DNA from: Camelus ferus | Taxonomy: Eukaryota | Direction of reading: 5' to 3' | NCBI RefSeq assembly: GCF_009834535.1 | Contig: NC_045697.1 | Coordinates: 20,028,001-20,092,000, forward strand | Length of the DNA: 64,000 bases | Shown here: in pieces, positions 12,517 through 24,039 of the stretch | Layout: every line of letters starts with the position of its first letter | How positions within the stretch are numbered: position 1 is the first letter of the stretch | Program-made: the position numbers and the translations under genes | The notes under the pieces: model-generated | Seen by the model: the letters and a program-made list of their open reading frames with translations, nothing else | Database searches by the model: none | What the model was told of the DNA's origin: nothing

Positions 12517-12859
12517 ATTTCTGAGGTAGTTAAAGGAAATGATAAATCAGAATTCTGAGACAGAGTGTCCAGAGTAAGTGCAGTGGTCATCATGGGGTGG
12601 AGGTAAGCAGGGAGGAATGAGCTAGAGGTTCCATAATAGGAGACGTGGTCAGAGATGTAAATCAGATTGAATAGGGCTTTTAGGACATGGTTATAAGTTT
12701 ACCCTTTCCTATAAAATGGTAAATCATTGGGATGAGTGTAGAGAGTTGGAGGAACTTGAAAAGAGGATCTGCCATACTATGGTAAATAACATTAAAAATG
12801 GTATATGAAATAATTTACTCACCATAACAGTACTCTGTTATGTATGTTGTTTCATTTAG

Positions 12860-13050
12860 TGTTCATGATAAAGGCTGAAATATATAGATAAGGCAGATAT
12901 CATTCTCTTTTTTTATAAGGGAGGAGATGAAGCTCAGTAAACATATGCTGCTTATAAAAAAATTAACCAGCTTATTAATAGCAGAGCTGGGACACAGACC
13001 CAAATGCTGGCCTCCTGCTCCAGAAGGAATTTCCACCATGCCCTGCTGCC
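12860..13050 (-). mobile_element. MIR
   Basis: gaggagatgaagctcag...agcagagctgggacacagaccca...tttccaccatgccctgctgcc. Confidence 0.65.
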
Positions 13051-13142
13051 ATATTTGTCTTTTCAGTGTGGGTATCATTCTATCTTTATTTTTACTGTTT
13101 TGGAAGTAAGTAAATTTTTATTTTATTTTTGACTCATATATT

Positions 13143-13476
13143 TGCTAAGAGATAAACTGAGGCATACTGAAATTTTTGAGAATATATTTGAGCAGAAATT
13201 GATTCCACTTGGCCAGTGCCAAACCAGAAGTGGTGAGGAGTGCTCCACCAACAGGAGCTGGGGGAGACAGCTCTATAGAGAAAAGGGAGAAGCAAAGAAA
13301 GGAAATTATTGATTGGCGATAGCTTAACGTCTAGTTGGCTATTTGTAGTTGGTTGTCCTTAGGTTTCAATTTCATAACGTTGAGGCATTTATAAGCTTAT
13401 ATTTTGGTTCACTTAAGCAGGTCACCATGGCATTAGAGACTCCTCAGTTTAAGGACTTTCTTGTTTAGTTAACTTA
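13143..13476 (-). mobile_element. ERV1-type solo LTR
   Basis: tgctaagagataaactgaggc...atatttgagcagaaattgattc...aggaaattattgattgg resembles reverse-oriented ERV1 LTRs; no TSD seen. Confidence 0.6.
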
Positions 13477-14719
13477 CTCTTTGAAAGCTTTGCTTTCTGG
13501 AAATTCTCATGCACTGAGTTAGCAGCTGTTGAGACTGATGGAACTTTGTTGAGCTTCAGCTTTATCTTTTTTTCCAATATAAAAGCATCTGCATGAATAA
13601 GAAGAATAACAATTTCTCCATATTGTCATGAGTTTAATGGAAGATAGCATTAACAATCCTGTCTAAACCAGGTGGATAAAAAACAACCTCTATCCACCCT
13701 GGTTCTGATAGCTCTTGACTTCAGAACACAAGATGTCAGTCCCATAAGACATGCTTAATTCTGGGCCCCACACTCAAGTGGAAAATATCTGCCAATCACT
13801 TAGAACACTCTGCCAAGTGCCACCTTGCACCCTTGTACAACTGGTAATTTTAATGGCATCCTTTTTTATTCCCTTCTCGGATGCATGGTGAACTGGCTGC
13901 TTTAACATTAGACTTATTTTCTCTAACAACTTTCAAAAGATGTTTTGATTGAATATCTAATGAGTTTAGAGGCTAGGTTTTTAAAAAAATTTACCTATTA
14001 TAAAAGTTCTGTATGATTATTAGCAATCATTTGAAATATTCAGAAATATAAAGATAAAAATTTATCTCCTCACCATTAAAATAATTACATTAGAATGCTC
14101 ACATAATAAACACACATATTTGAAATCTTAATTAATAGTCTTGCATTTTTTTCACTAGATAATATATCATAAATATTCTCCTAAGCAGCTTATTAGTTTT
14201 CAAAAATATGATGGGTAAAATATCCCATAGTGTGGATTATGGTGATTTTATTAAGGATAACATCACTGGAAATTTTGGAAAGACATTAGTAGTAAGCAAA
14301 ATATTTTGAATATTGTATATTCATTCTCAAATTGCTTTCCAATAAAGTTTGTAATGACTTATCCTCCTGAATGAAGTCTATGAGAATTCTTATCTCACTA
14401 TATCCTTGCCTCTAGTATTGAATATTGTCATTGCAGCTGGCTTTGATCCTCATGTTTGATGGCTGCAGGAAAGCTGCTCCACTTCTAAAATCCTATTTAT
14501 GTTTTGGGCAGTTGGAAGGATAAAGTTAAAGAGAAAATATATGTATTAGCTGAGTCTGCCCATAGTGTATATATATTTTTTCCAGTAGATACCTTCTCAT
14601 CCCCAGCAGCATTCTATTTCTGTTCATAAAGGAAAAAGAAGACTGAACCTTGAGTTAGCAAGTCACAGTGTCTGCTGTGGAGGTCAGTATTGCATCGCCA
14701 CTAGACAAAGCAAGTTCAT

Positions 14720-14900
14720 GTCTCAGCCCTGGCGTTTACCAGCTGTATCTTTTTGTGCAAGCAGCTTCATCTCTTCAATCTCAGCTTTTTATCCATCAAA
14801 TGGGGCAAGTAATAGTGCCGCAATTACATGATTTTAAAGAGGATTAAACAAATTATTATAAAAAAGTTGATCATGTAACTGACATTTTGAAGGCATTTTA
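14720..14900 (+). mobile_element. MIR
   Basis: ttaccagctgtatc...ctcagcttttatccatcaaatggggc...aagaggattaaa. Confidence 0.65.
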
Positions 14901-15751
14901 TTAAATGTATACAATTGTAATAACTAAAATTACTATGCCCATAAGACTTTTAGATGTCATGATATTTTAAAGATAGACATATTCATATTTTATACATTTT
15001 ATGTTTTGTCCCTGTCATTAGAAATATTCATCATATCTTCTAACTGGTTTTAAAGGGAAATAAAAGAAAACTTAACTTTTGTATATTTCTTAATAAATTT
15101 CCAATCCTAAATCAATTAGATTTTCTATATAGTCTTAACACCTTATCTCCCCTTTCTCAAAAGTTATAGCTTAATTTTCTTATCATGTATTATTACTTTG
15201 ACTAATGTTTCTAAGACAGTGTTATGAAATGATGTAGATCCAAATATGACAAAAACAAGAAGAAAAAAGAAACATACAACCATAAATTGGCAAATGTTAT
15301 GCTGTATGGTAAGCATATTCATTATGAGATAACTTAAAGATGCAACAGAATGATATAAAGTGGCACTAATTAATTCAAGTATTTTTAGAAATAATTACAT
15401 TTTAAACATTTTACATAAAGTAACATAAGAAGAAACAGGTAGAATAAAAGAAACAATGAGTTAATTTTTATGGTAGCCAAATTCCTCGATGTAAAAATCT
15501 GTATGGGACTGAATAGATTTTGTGGATAAATTCTATAAAACGGGGTATAGCTACAATAATTATATATACAATATATATATATATATATACAATAATTATT
15601 TGGAAGAAAATCTTCCAAGTTCTCTTTATAAAAGCTAACATGATTTTGATACAGAAATATGACAAAATCCCTATTAAATTAACCACCCCCAAAGTTAATA
15701 CTGTATGAGAGAATTTAATATTGAAGATTATTTTGTAAGTTATTAATAATA

Positions 15752-15975
15752 CAGTTGAGCCCTGAACAACATGGTGTTAGGGGTGCTGCCCCCCCCCCAT
15801 ACAATCGAAAATCTGTATATAACTTTACAGTCAGTTCTCCTCTGTATCCGCAGGCCAAATCTACACTTTCAACCAACAGTGAATGGTATGCTTTTTAGTA
15901 TGTGTTTATTGAAAAAAATATCCACACATAAGTGGACCCATGGAATTCAAACCTATGTTGTTCAAGAGGCAACTG
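15752..15975. mobile_element. Tigger2-derived MITE (TcMar-Tigger; Tigger2a_Art/MER8-like), complete
   Basis: TIRs cagttgagccctgaacaac and gttgttcaagaggcaactg; TA TSD at 15750-15751 and 15976-15977. Confidence 0.9.
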
Positions 15976-16173
15976 TACTTAAAAGCAGTTCTTGGCAATT
16001 GGAAAGCAAAAGCTTTTAAATTATTTTAAATTATTTTAAATCTTTTTTATTATCTCATATAATAAAAAAGCATTTTTTATTATCTTACATAATAAAAAGC
16101 AGAAGTATTATTTTTTTGAAAGTTCTTACTTATCTGGAAAAACACAAACATTTAGTAAAACATTATTGACCCC

Positions 16174-16719
16174 TGTCAAAGGAAAAGTTGCACCGAACAA
16201 AGTAAAATAGTCGAGGAAGACTTTATTCACTACTGCAAAAGGGGAGAAAGGCCAGAATTCAGCCTATGCTCAAGTTTGCCGAAAGAAAGGGCTGGAGAAT
16301 TTTTAAGAGCTGGGGTGGGGGACTCATAGCCCACCTTTGTTTGTGAATTGGCCTTACCCAAAGGAAAAGTAAACTTTCTCTTATCTTTCTGGTGGAAGGT
16401 TGAACAACTTAACATGGTGGGTGAAGTTGGCCTCCTACCTTCTCATGGAAACTTGAAGATACGGGTGGTGCCAGTGGGCTATCTTGCTTGATGATTATAT
16501 TTCAAAGAGATGGTTCCCATGTCCTTTAGAAAGACATTCCTGGGTTGTAACACTGGCAAGAAGTTTTTAAAAACATAATATCTCAAAGGGGAAGGGAGAA
16601 TAGTTAACAGGTCTTCCAAAGTAAATGTTTTCAGAAAAGGCAGGTCAGGTTATAGAGTCAGAAAAAAGTCTGTCTAAAGTTTAGTCGAATTGAAGGAAAT
16701 GCTAAAGCCATCTCAGTTA
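16174..16719 (-). mobile_element. ERV1 solo LTR (MER31/MER67-like)
   Basis: tgtcaaaggaaaa...gaggaagactttattc (reverse AATAAA)...tttcaaagagatggttccc...agacattcctgggttg. Confidence 0.65.
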
Positions 16720-16729
16720 CTCCACACAG

Positions 16730-17320
16730 GAATATATAGACTATAAATATGAATGATGTACATATTTGACAAAATAGAAAATACAATAATACAATAGAAA
16801 AACAGTTTCCTTTCATAAAAACAGAAGACAAAATTTAAGAATAAATCAGAGAACTGTACAGAAACCTTTTAAAAATACAGAAAAGTCAACTAAAAATTTC
16901 AAATTAGACTTCCATAAAATAATTTTTCCTAAGTTCATGAATGAGAATACTCAACATCCTAAAGGTTACATAAAATACAAAACTAAAAAAAAATAATTAA
17001 TGGAATTAAAATGTAAAATTCAATAGGATTTTAGCTTGGTATTTGACTTAATAATACAAATGTTTATTTGACAAAATAAAGGCATAAAATGGACAAAGCA
17101 TATTTTGAAAAAGAGGATAATTAAAATTTAATTTGTTGTATCAGTTTTGAAAACGTGTTGGTAAAAGTTCTGTGATGGTAGTACTGCTGTAAACATGGAG
17201 ACAGAGCATGGAACAGAGCAGGAAGTATCAATATTTAGGTAAGGACTTTGTGATAAAGATGGCATTACAAATCTGTTAGGAAACAGATTGGTTATTACAT
17301 TAGTGGCAGTACGATAGCTT
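16730..17320 (+). mobile_element. Highly decayed L1 ORF2 fragments (L1ME-like)
   Basis: A-rich; gttcatgaatgagaatactcaacat, catggaacagagcagg and tgataaagatggcattacaaatc resemble L1 ORF2. Confidence 0.5.
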
Positions 17321-17379
17321 GTGATGCGCGTTACAGGTTCTCAGGATTTTCAGATTCAAAGATATCAAGCAAAGTGTTA

Positions 17380-17610
17380 CATGTAGGGGCTGTGACGTCA
17401 AGTTGAAGGGTGAGATTCTCAGCTCTCACTCCAGAACTTTGGGAAATTCTCTTTTCCACTGTGTGCTCAGTCTCTTTCAAAAAATGGGCATTGTAATAGT
17501 CATTGATCCTTAGATGATTTTAAAGATTACATCAAATATATATTATTTAGCACTTACACAATGACTAACATATATTATAATGTCCTTAAATATAAACTAT
17601 TTGTATATCA
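17380..17610 (+). mobile_element. MIR
   Basis: gtgtgctcagtctctttcaaaaaatgggcattgtaatag...tagcacttacacaatg. Confidence 0.6.
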
Positions 17611-17719
17611 TTAGTTACAAATGAATGACGGTATTTCCAATATTCTTGGTCTTAACCTTTTATCATCAAGTACTTGTAGTTATTACTGTATTGTCAGTTA
17701 GAATGTAGTATACCAATCA

Positions 17720-18110
17720 GCTATGCATATTTTCATTAAACAACTGTTTATAGATTGCCTAGCAATTTTCTAGGCATTTTGTGAGACAACAGTGTGCCAG
17801 GCAAGGTTAAGTTGAGTAGGTTAACAAAGATAATAAATAACTAAGTAAATAAATAAGGTATTAGCCAGAAACAAATTCAACTCTGAGAATTAAATAGGTT
17901 GTTGGAATATTGAGGGGATGTTAAAACAATGGTAATAAGCCAGCATTGCTGCAGTGCACTGGGCAAAGAGGAAACTGATGGGATACACAGCTTTAGAGGG
18001 AGGCCGGTGCTGGATACTGGCTTCAAAAGCCAGGAAATGGAGTTAGAATTATATGCTCATAGGATGGAAAACTATTAGAATGTTTTGAGTAAGAAAGTGT
18101 AAGAAAAGGA
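17720..18110 (-). mobile_element. L2 3' fragment
   Basis: ttcattaaacaactgtttatagattgcctagc...aggcattttgtgagac...ggaaatggagttagaatt. Confidence 0.55.
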
Positions 18111-18541
18111 CAAGTATCAACAACGGTCTGAAAGCTAGAATAGTTACTATATTGACTTAGATTTTTCTTCTTTTATAAAAAGAAAAGATTATTCATGTCT
18201 TGAATCACCAAGAGACAAGTAACATTGGAAACCTAAATTAGAACTTTTTGAAGTTGGTTAAATCTAGGTCCAGAGGCACAAGTTTATATTGATGCACAGC
18301 GTAAATGAATTACTCTCAGGCCCTGGCAATTATGGCGTATTGAGTATGCAATAATTATAGCATAATGAGATAATGAAGAGACTCCGTCAGGCTTTTTGAG
18401 GCAGAGAGGCTTGAGGATACAAATATTTGAAAACGGAGAATACCAATTAGTTTTCATGCTGTCCTATTAGTAGGACAGAGAATTACATTTTGTCAATTCT
18501 GTGGTGAAAGGAGGGCAGGAGGGAAACAAAATGCAGCTCAC

Positions 18542-18581
18542 ATGGCGGTGTTCGTGTTGAACAAGTCATAGCCATTATATG
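18542..18581 (-). other. Candidate 40-nt internal exon of an unidentified gene
   Basis: Minus strand reads ctgatttttaattactttgttgtttccag|CATATAATGGCTATGACTTGTTCAACACGAACACCGCCAT|gtgagc; two open frames (xYNGYDLFNTNTAx or HIMAMTCSTRTPP); 2 retained CpGs; lies in TE-free sequence. Confidence 0.4.
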
Positions 18582-19396
18582 CTGGAAACAACAAAGTAAT
18601 TAAAAATCAGATTTCCCTGCCAGCAAAAGCCACCTCTGAACTACTGTGACACAAGTGATACACAGGACGATGCTGCTGGCTGATTCCTGTATTCTCTCTA
18701 TTTGCTTGAAATCAGGATCCCCAGTGTGATATTTATCAGTACTTCTGTAAAAAAAAAAACAAACTTAGCATCAATTTTTGTTAATTACCATTATATTTAT
18801 GTCCTAGCTGTTTGATCTCTACCAGGACTGGAAGGGTCGATTAAACTGTATTTAAATTTATTCTGCTTCGTAGGTGTCCAGTAAAATGAACACTGTAAGT
18901 AGCTGTGCTCTAGGGTTAATTTGTTCTGTAAAATTACCCATACCTCCAGAGTATTCATTAGTGGAATAAAACAGAGAACTAATCTAGATGCTGAAGGATT
19001 ATCATTATTGCCATACGGATATTGTTGATAAAATTCCAACTGGGATTACCTCCCAGGGCCTGAATAAACAACGTAGAGTATCTCAAATCTCAGCTCGCAC
19101 ATGTATCTTGCAAAAAATACAGATGAAATTGCTAAGAATTGCAGGCCAGTCAAAACATTAAGAAGCTACTTGCTGCAGTAATTTATTGAAGAGTTTTTCA
19201 ATGACATTTTGATGCTCGACAGATAACTCCAGCGAGTGTTATTAAGACATAAATTAAACCTAAAATTTTACTGTAACACTCAGCACATTTCAACTATTCA
19301 AATGCACTTTCAAGCGTCCTTTGGCCTTTTGAGACTGATAATAACATAAAAGTTGATAGTTTCTATAGGAAACAAAGTACGTTGTAGCTTTAAAAT

Positions 19397-19418
19397 ACAC
19401 ACACACACACACATACAC
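19397..19418. repeat. (CA)n microsatellite
   Basis: Directly visible. Confidence 0.9.
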
Positions 19419-20994
19419 AGAAGAAAAGGGAAATTAAGATTACATTAATATCTATCACCTTTTGGAAATAGACATACTGTAAATTTTGCTGTAATTTCTT
19501 ATTTTTAAAATTTTTGTTCTTTGCATTTTCATAGTTGCATTACAAAATACTCATGCTATAGAGATGATGTGTACAAAGTTAAACACGAAAGCTCTCAGCT
19601 CCTATTCATACTCTTCATTCTCCATGTTAGTTGGTTGTGGCTTGCTGTGAATTTTTCCACTTCTTGTTCTATTCATTGTCTTGCCTATACTATCCATTCA
19701 TAGATTTAGAATTTTTACTCAAATTGGATGAAGCTTTGATTTTTTATTTCCTGCAGTTTGTTTTTTTAACTTAATATTTTGAGTTGGAGCAATTCCTTGA
19801 GGAAGACCAGGTAACTCACAGGATAGAAAGAAGAAATGAACCTTTGGGCAGCTCTTCTGTTAATACCAGTAGCAGTAGTTTGCTGATCATCCGGGGCCCT
19901 GACATTAGGTAGAAAACCCTTTAATTTTTCTATGCTAATTAAATTTTAAAACAGTAGAACTATTATAGAACATGAATATGTATAAAGAGCCTTTTTTGTT
20001 TAACATTGTATCACTAGTATTTCCCCATATTGTGACACTCTAATTTTAAAATTTTCATGTGGTCCATTGTATGCAGTCACCATCATTTACCTAAGTATTA
20101 CATTATTACATCTTTCTGTCTTTAACATTAGAGTTTTTTTTTTCTGCCAATAAATCAGGCTGTGATTCATATTTTGGAGCATAAATCTTTTTTCCCAGTT
20201 AAGTTCAATTTCTTAGCATAGATTCTCATGAGTGAAATTACGTTTTAAAACTATTAACACTTTCAGATCATCTATAACTTTTCATTTAAATTGAGGTTAA
20301 AGAAAGAATTCTTTTCTTTAAAGCCCAAAAATGATATTAAGAGCAATTGTGGTCGCCTAATGAAATGAAAGCCTTTTAATTGTTTTGTTTTAAATGCTCC
20401 AGCTGATAAGATTTTCATGATTACTGTTCATTAATGCTGATTATCTCTCATGGCTACCAAACTTATTATGCCCTTGGAACTGCTCTGGCTCTGCACTGCT
20501 AATTGCATTTTTGCTAGTAGCTCTATTTATTTAGAATTCCTAGTGCATGTTCAAGTGCATTGAAAGAAGAGATATCTCAAAAACATTATATGGAAATTGA
20601 ATCAGCTAACACTTTGCTGACAATATTGAGAACCCTACTTGATCATCCACTAATAAGAAAAAGAAAGGCTCATATTTATATCATTTTCCCCTCCACACCA
20701 ATCTTACATTGTGTCTAATTGGTATCTCTGTATTAGTTAGGCTTCAGTAGCAAATTGAATTTGTAAGAAAAAGTTGGAGTAACTCAGGGAAGTGAAGAAA
20801 GAGCTGAGCAAACAATTTTGGAGAAGTCTGTTGACCTCTTCAGGCAGCTGCCATTAATACAACTGGTTCCAGTGATTCCCAGTTTTTGCTGTTTCCCCGT
20901 CTAAATTTCATATATCCAGTAATAAGTGTTCAATTAAGTTAGTTGTGATCCAAATACAGATTTTTTTTTTACGCCTTGAATTACTCTTTGGTAA

Positions 20995-21808
20995 AATTTA
21001 TTTTATTTTATATATCTATTTATTAAAGTATAATCAGTTTATAATGTGTCAATTTCTGATGTATATTGTAATACTTCATCTTATAGTAACATAGATATAT
21101 TCGCTTTCATATTCTTTTTTTTTTCAAAGTTAGATGAATTTATTTTCCTGTTGAACATCATTCCCTGCTGTAGATTTGCATTGCTCCACTTCAGCATCTG
21201 CCTTTTTTTTTTTTAACATTTTTTATTGATTTATAATCATTTTACAATGTTGTGTCAAATTCCAGTGCTGAACACTGGAATTCGCTTTCATATTCTTTTT
21301 CACCTTAGGCTACTACAAGATATTGAATATAGTTCCTAGTGCTATAGAATATAAACTTGTTGTTTATCTATTTTATATATAGTAGTTAGTATCTACAAAT
21401 CTTGAACTCCCAATTTATGCCTTTCCACACCCTGCCCCTCAGGTAACCATGTGTCTTCTGTGTCTGTGAGTCTGTTTTGTTAATAAGTTTGTTTGTCTTT
21501 TTTTTTTTTAAGATTCCATCTGTAAGTGATATCATGTGGAATTTTTCTTTCTCTTTCTGGTTTACTTCACTTAGAATGACATTCTCCAGATCCATCCATG
21601 TTGTTAAAAATGGCATTATTTTATTTTGTCTTGTGACTGAGTAGTATTCCATTGTGTAAATATACCACAACTTCTTTATCCAGTTATCTGTCAATGGACA
21701 TTTAGGTTGTTCCCATGTCTTGGCTATTGTAAATAGTGCTGCTATAAACACTGGGGTGCATGTATCTTTTTGAATGTATGTATGGATGTATGCCCAGGAC
21801 TGGGATTG
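20995..21808 (-). mobile_element. 5'-truncated L1 (ORF2 C-terminus plus 3' UTR), host of a nested insertion
   Basis: ORF 21386-21904 contains IQKDTCTPVFIAALFTIAKTWEQPKCPLTDNWIKKLWYIYTMEYYS; decayed poly(A) at ~20995-21025. Confidence 0.92.
21099..21300 (-). mobile_element. Nested young L1 mini-insertion with 3' transduction and 5' inversion
   Basis: TSD attcgctttcatattc(ttttt) at 21099 and 21280; two poly(T) tracts (21115-21124, 21203-21214); L1 tail 21215-21267; inverted piece 21268-21279. Confidence 0.85.
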
Positions 21809-21833
21809 TAATGCACACCTAGTCGTTGGGGAC

Positions 21834-22380
21834 TGTAGAGCTGCAAAATTTGCCACCCTGAAATGTCTCTTTAGTAAGCAGGTTGTTTGGTAACTGAAAA
21901 ACAATCAAGACCCAAATGACTCAGGAAGAAATTTTGACCTTCTCCCTTACTGCCTACAAGAGAAGTGCCTATTACTGGAATAGAACTATCACCAGAGATA
22001 TCTGCAAAGAATATGTGCTAGGTTGGTGGGGGAAACTCAGGCGAGATCAGGGTCCACCCTGTGTCCCCATGGTCTCTGCGTGACCTAGCAAACATTTATT
22101 TACAAAACATTTGCTTTTCCATCTTCATGTGAATTACCTTCCTCCCCTTTGAAGTCCCAAACCATTACCCCTAACTTTCTCTTTTGTCTGTAGCTGAAGA
22201 TGATATTTAAAGTGAAGTTGTCAGCCATTTTGGCAAGTTACTCAGTTTCCTGGGTCTCCTGTGTATCCATGTTATTAAACTTTGTTTGATTTTCTCCTAT
22301 TAATATGTTAATGTCAATTTAATTCTGAGACCAGCCAGAAGAACCCAGAAGGGTAGAAGAAAATTTCTTTCTCCTAGACA
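21834..22380 (+). mobile_element. ERV1 solo LTR (MER34-like), complete
   Basis: TG...CA ends; perfect 4-bp TSD GGAC at 21830-21833 and 22381-22384; ATTAAA at ~22274. Confidence 0.9.
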
Positions 22381-22806
22381 GGACGCAACTGGGAGAGTTA
22401 CCATGAGCAGGTCACAACCCAGTTGGCTTAATCAGTATCATTCACAATTTCCAAGAGTCTTGAAAGTGGTGGGAGAATATTTTTATTATGTCCATCATGT
22501 AAATGAGAAAACAGGTTCAGAGTCTAGTGTTAGGGAATTTGTCAGATTTGTCTCTTGAAAGCAACGAGCATATTAGGTTCCCTCTTGGAAGTACATCACA
22601 GAGAGTTTTCCTGTTTTGGTCTTAGTTTCCAGGAAGCTTAGAGTCAGATGAAAGATTAACCTTTACTTTTAGCACGTTCATTTTTTTCTTATGAGCTCTG
22701 TTCTTGATTTTTCAATTATCTCTTATTCATTGGTCATACTGTCACTATAAAATTGTTACAAATCTGTTCTACATGTCAGAAATACAAATAAGTAATATAA
22801 ATTATA

Positions 22807-22865
22807 TTTTTTTAAAAATTGAAGTGTAGCTAGTTACAGTGTGTCGATCTCTGGTGTGTAGCGTA
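22807..22865 (-). mobile_element. Extremely 5'-truncated L1 3' end (~60 bp)
   Basis: T-run, then aattgaagtgtagctagttacagtgtgtcgatctctggtgtgtagc; flanked by aattatatttt and aattatctttt (near-TSD). Confidence 0.75.
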
Positions 22866-24039
22866 ATTATCTTTTATGTAAGGTTACATAAATTGGGACT
22901 GATACTAAAATCCAAGTTCTGTGTACCAAAATATAGATTTATTTCCATTTCCACTGCTGTTTTGAAACTCAAAAGCATCCTCAAATCATTTTAAATTTCT
23001 AACTTACTGTTATTTCCATAGTTTTATTTTCTTTCCATTTCTCAGATTATTTCATTAACTAATCACAATAATTTTTGTCCAGCATCTCTTTAATTTTCCA
23101 TTTATTTATTCTATTTTTACTTCACTCCCTAAGCACAGATTGTTAATTCCAAATGCAGTTGGACACTTGCCTGGAATTGAAACAAATGTGATCTATAAAT
23201 TATAACCTATGTTGGCAATAAGGCAGTTGGCTGTGTTTTAAGAATAATTTTTATTCTAAAAAGTAAAGCCCATTGAGTTAGGGAGTTTTTAAAAAGATGG
23301 CAGTTAAGAAACTTGCCATATAATTATGTGTGTTCACACATATATTCATATACATATGTACATTCATATTATATAAATGTATGCTATTCACTGAAGAGAT
23401 ATATAAAGAGCAAGTCTTACAATTAAGAAGTCATTGGTCATTCCTGATAAAGGACTTAAGAGAGAAGCTCAAATAATCTTAAAAGGGTAAAAAATATATT
23501 GCTTTCTCACCTGGCATCAGAATTTTCTTAAATAAGAGTCTTTTTTAAAGTAAAATGTCTTGCCAACCCATGTTGGATCTAGACATTGAGATCCAGAGAT
23601 ATTATTTGGAAAGTAATAGTAAAATTCAAAGATGACCTAAGGACTTTGAATTTGAGGGTGGAGGATATGGAGAAAGGAGGAAAGTAAATTGGATTGGAAG
23701 AATTGGAACTGTAGAATATGACTGGATTTTGGAGATTGGAGTGGTGGGAGAACATGGTCAAGAAAGAAATTTCCCATTAGCAAATGACTTTATAAACAGG
23801 AAATTTCCTAATACTGTATTTCAAACTCTTTTGCTGTGGTAGAAACTTGCCCTCCCTCCAACTTCCTCAAGATGCAATTAAGTTCTGTGTGCACAAATTT
23901 CATGGTTGCACACTTTTATTTTTAAAATTTTGTTGAGTAGGGGAAAGTAGGCTATATCCCACCTTTAAAATGGCACTGAATGGAGAGACAAGATCGTCTG
24001 TAGAATTTGAGGCGTGTGTGAAATCAAATATGTGGTAGT

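Larger units (their letters stand above)
11790..12760 (-). mobile_element. L2 remnant split by an L1 insertion at 11968-12516
   Basis: acattgtagttctgtgaggcagac...acatttggatggag on the left; gtggtcagagatg...gggcttttaggacatggt on the right. Confidence 0.55.

Noticed and set aside
18797..19039. 80-aa minus-strand ORF in the TE-free island
   Set aside because: Non-ATG start. The candidate exon from the nearest acceptor (~19058) to the donor (~18944) has stops in all three frames.
21386..21904. Longest ORF (172 aa) as a novel gene
   Set aside because: It is a chance read-through from LTR sequence into the L1 ORF2 C-terminus, with a non-ATG start.
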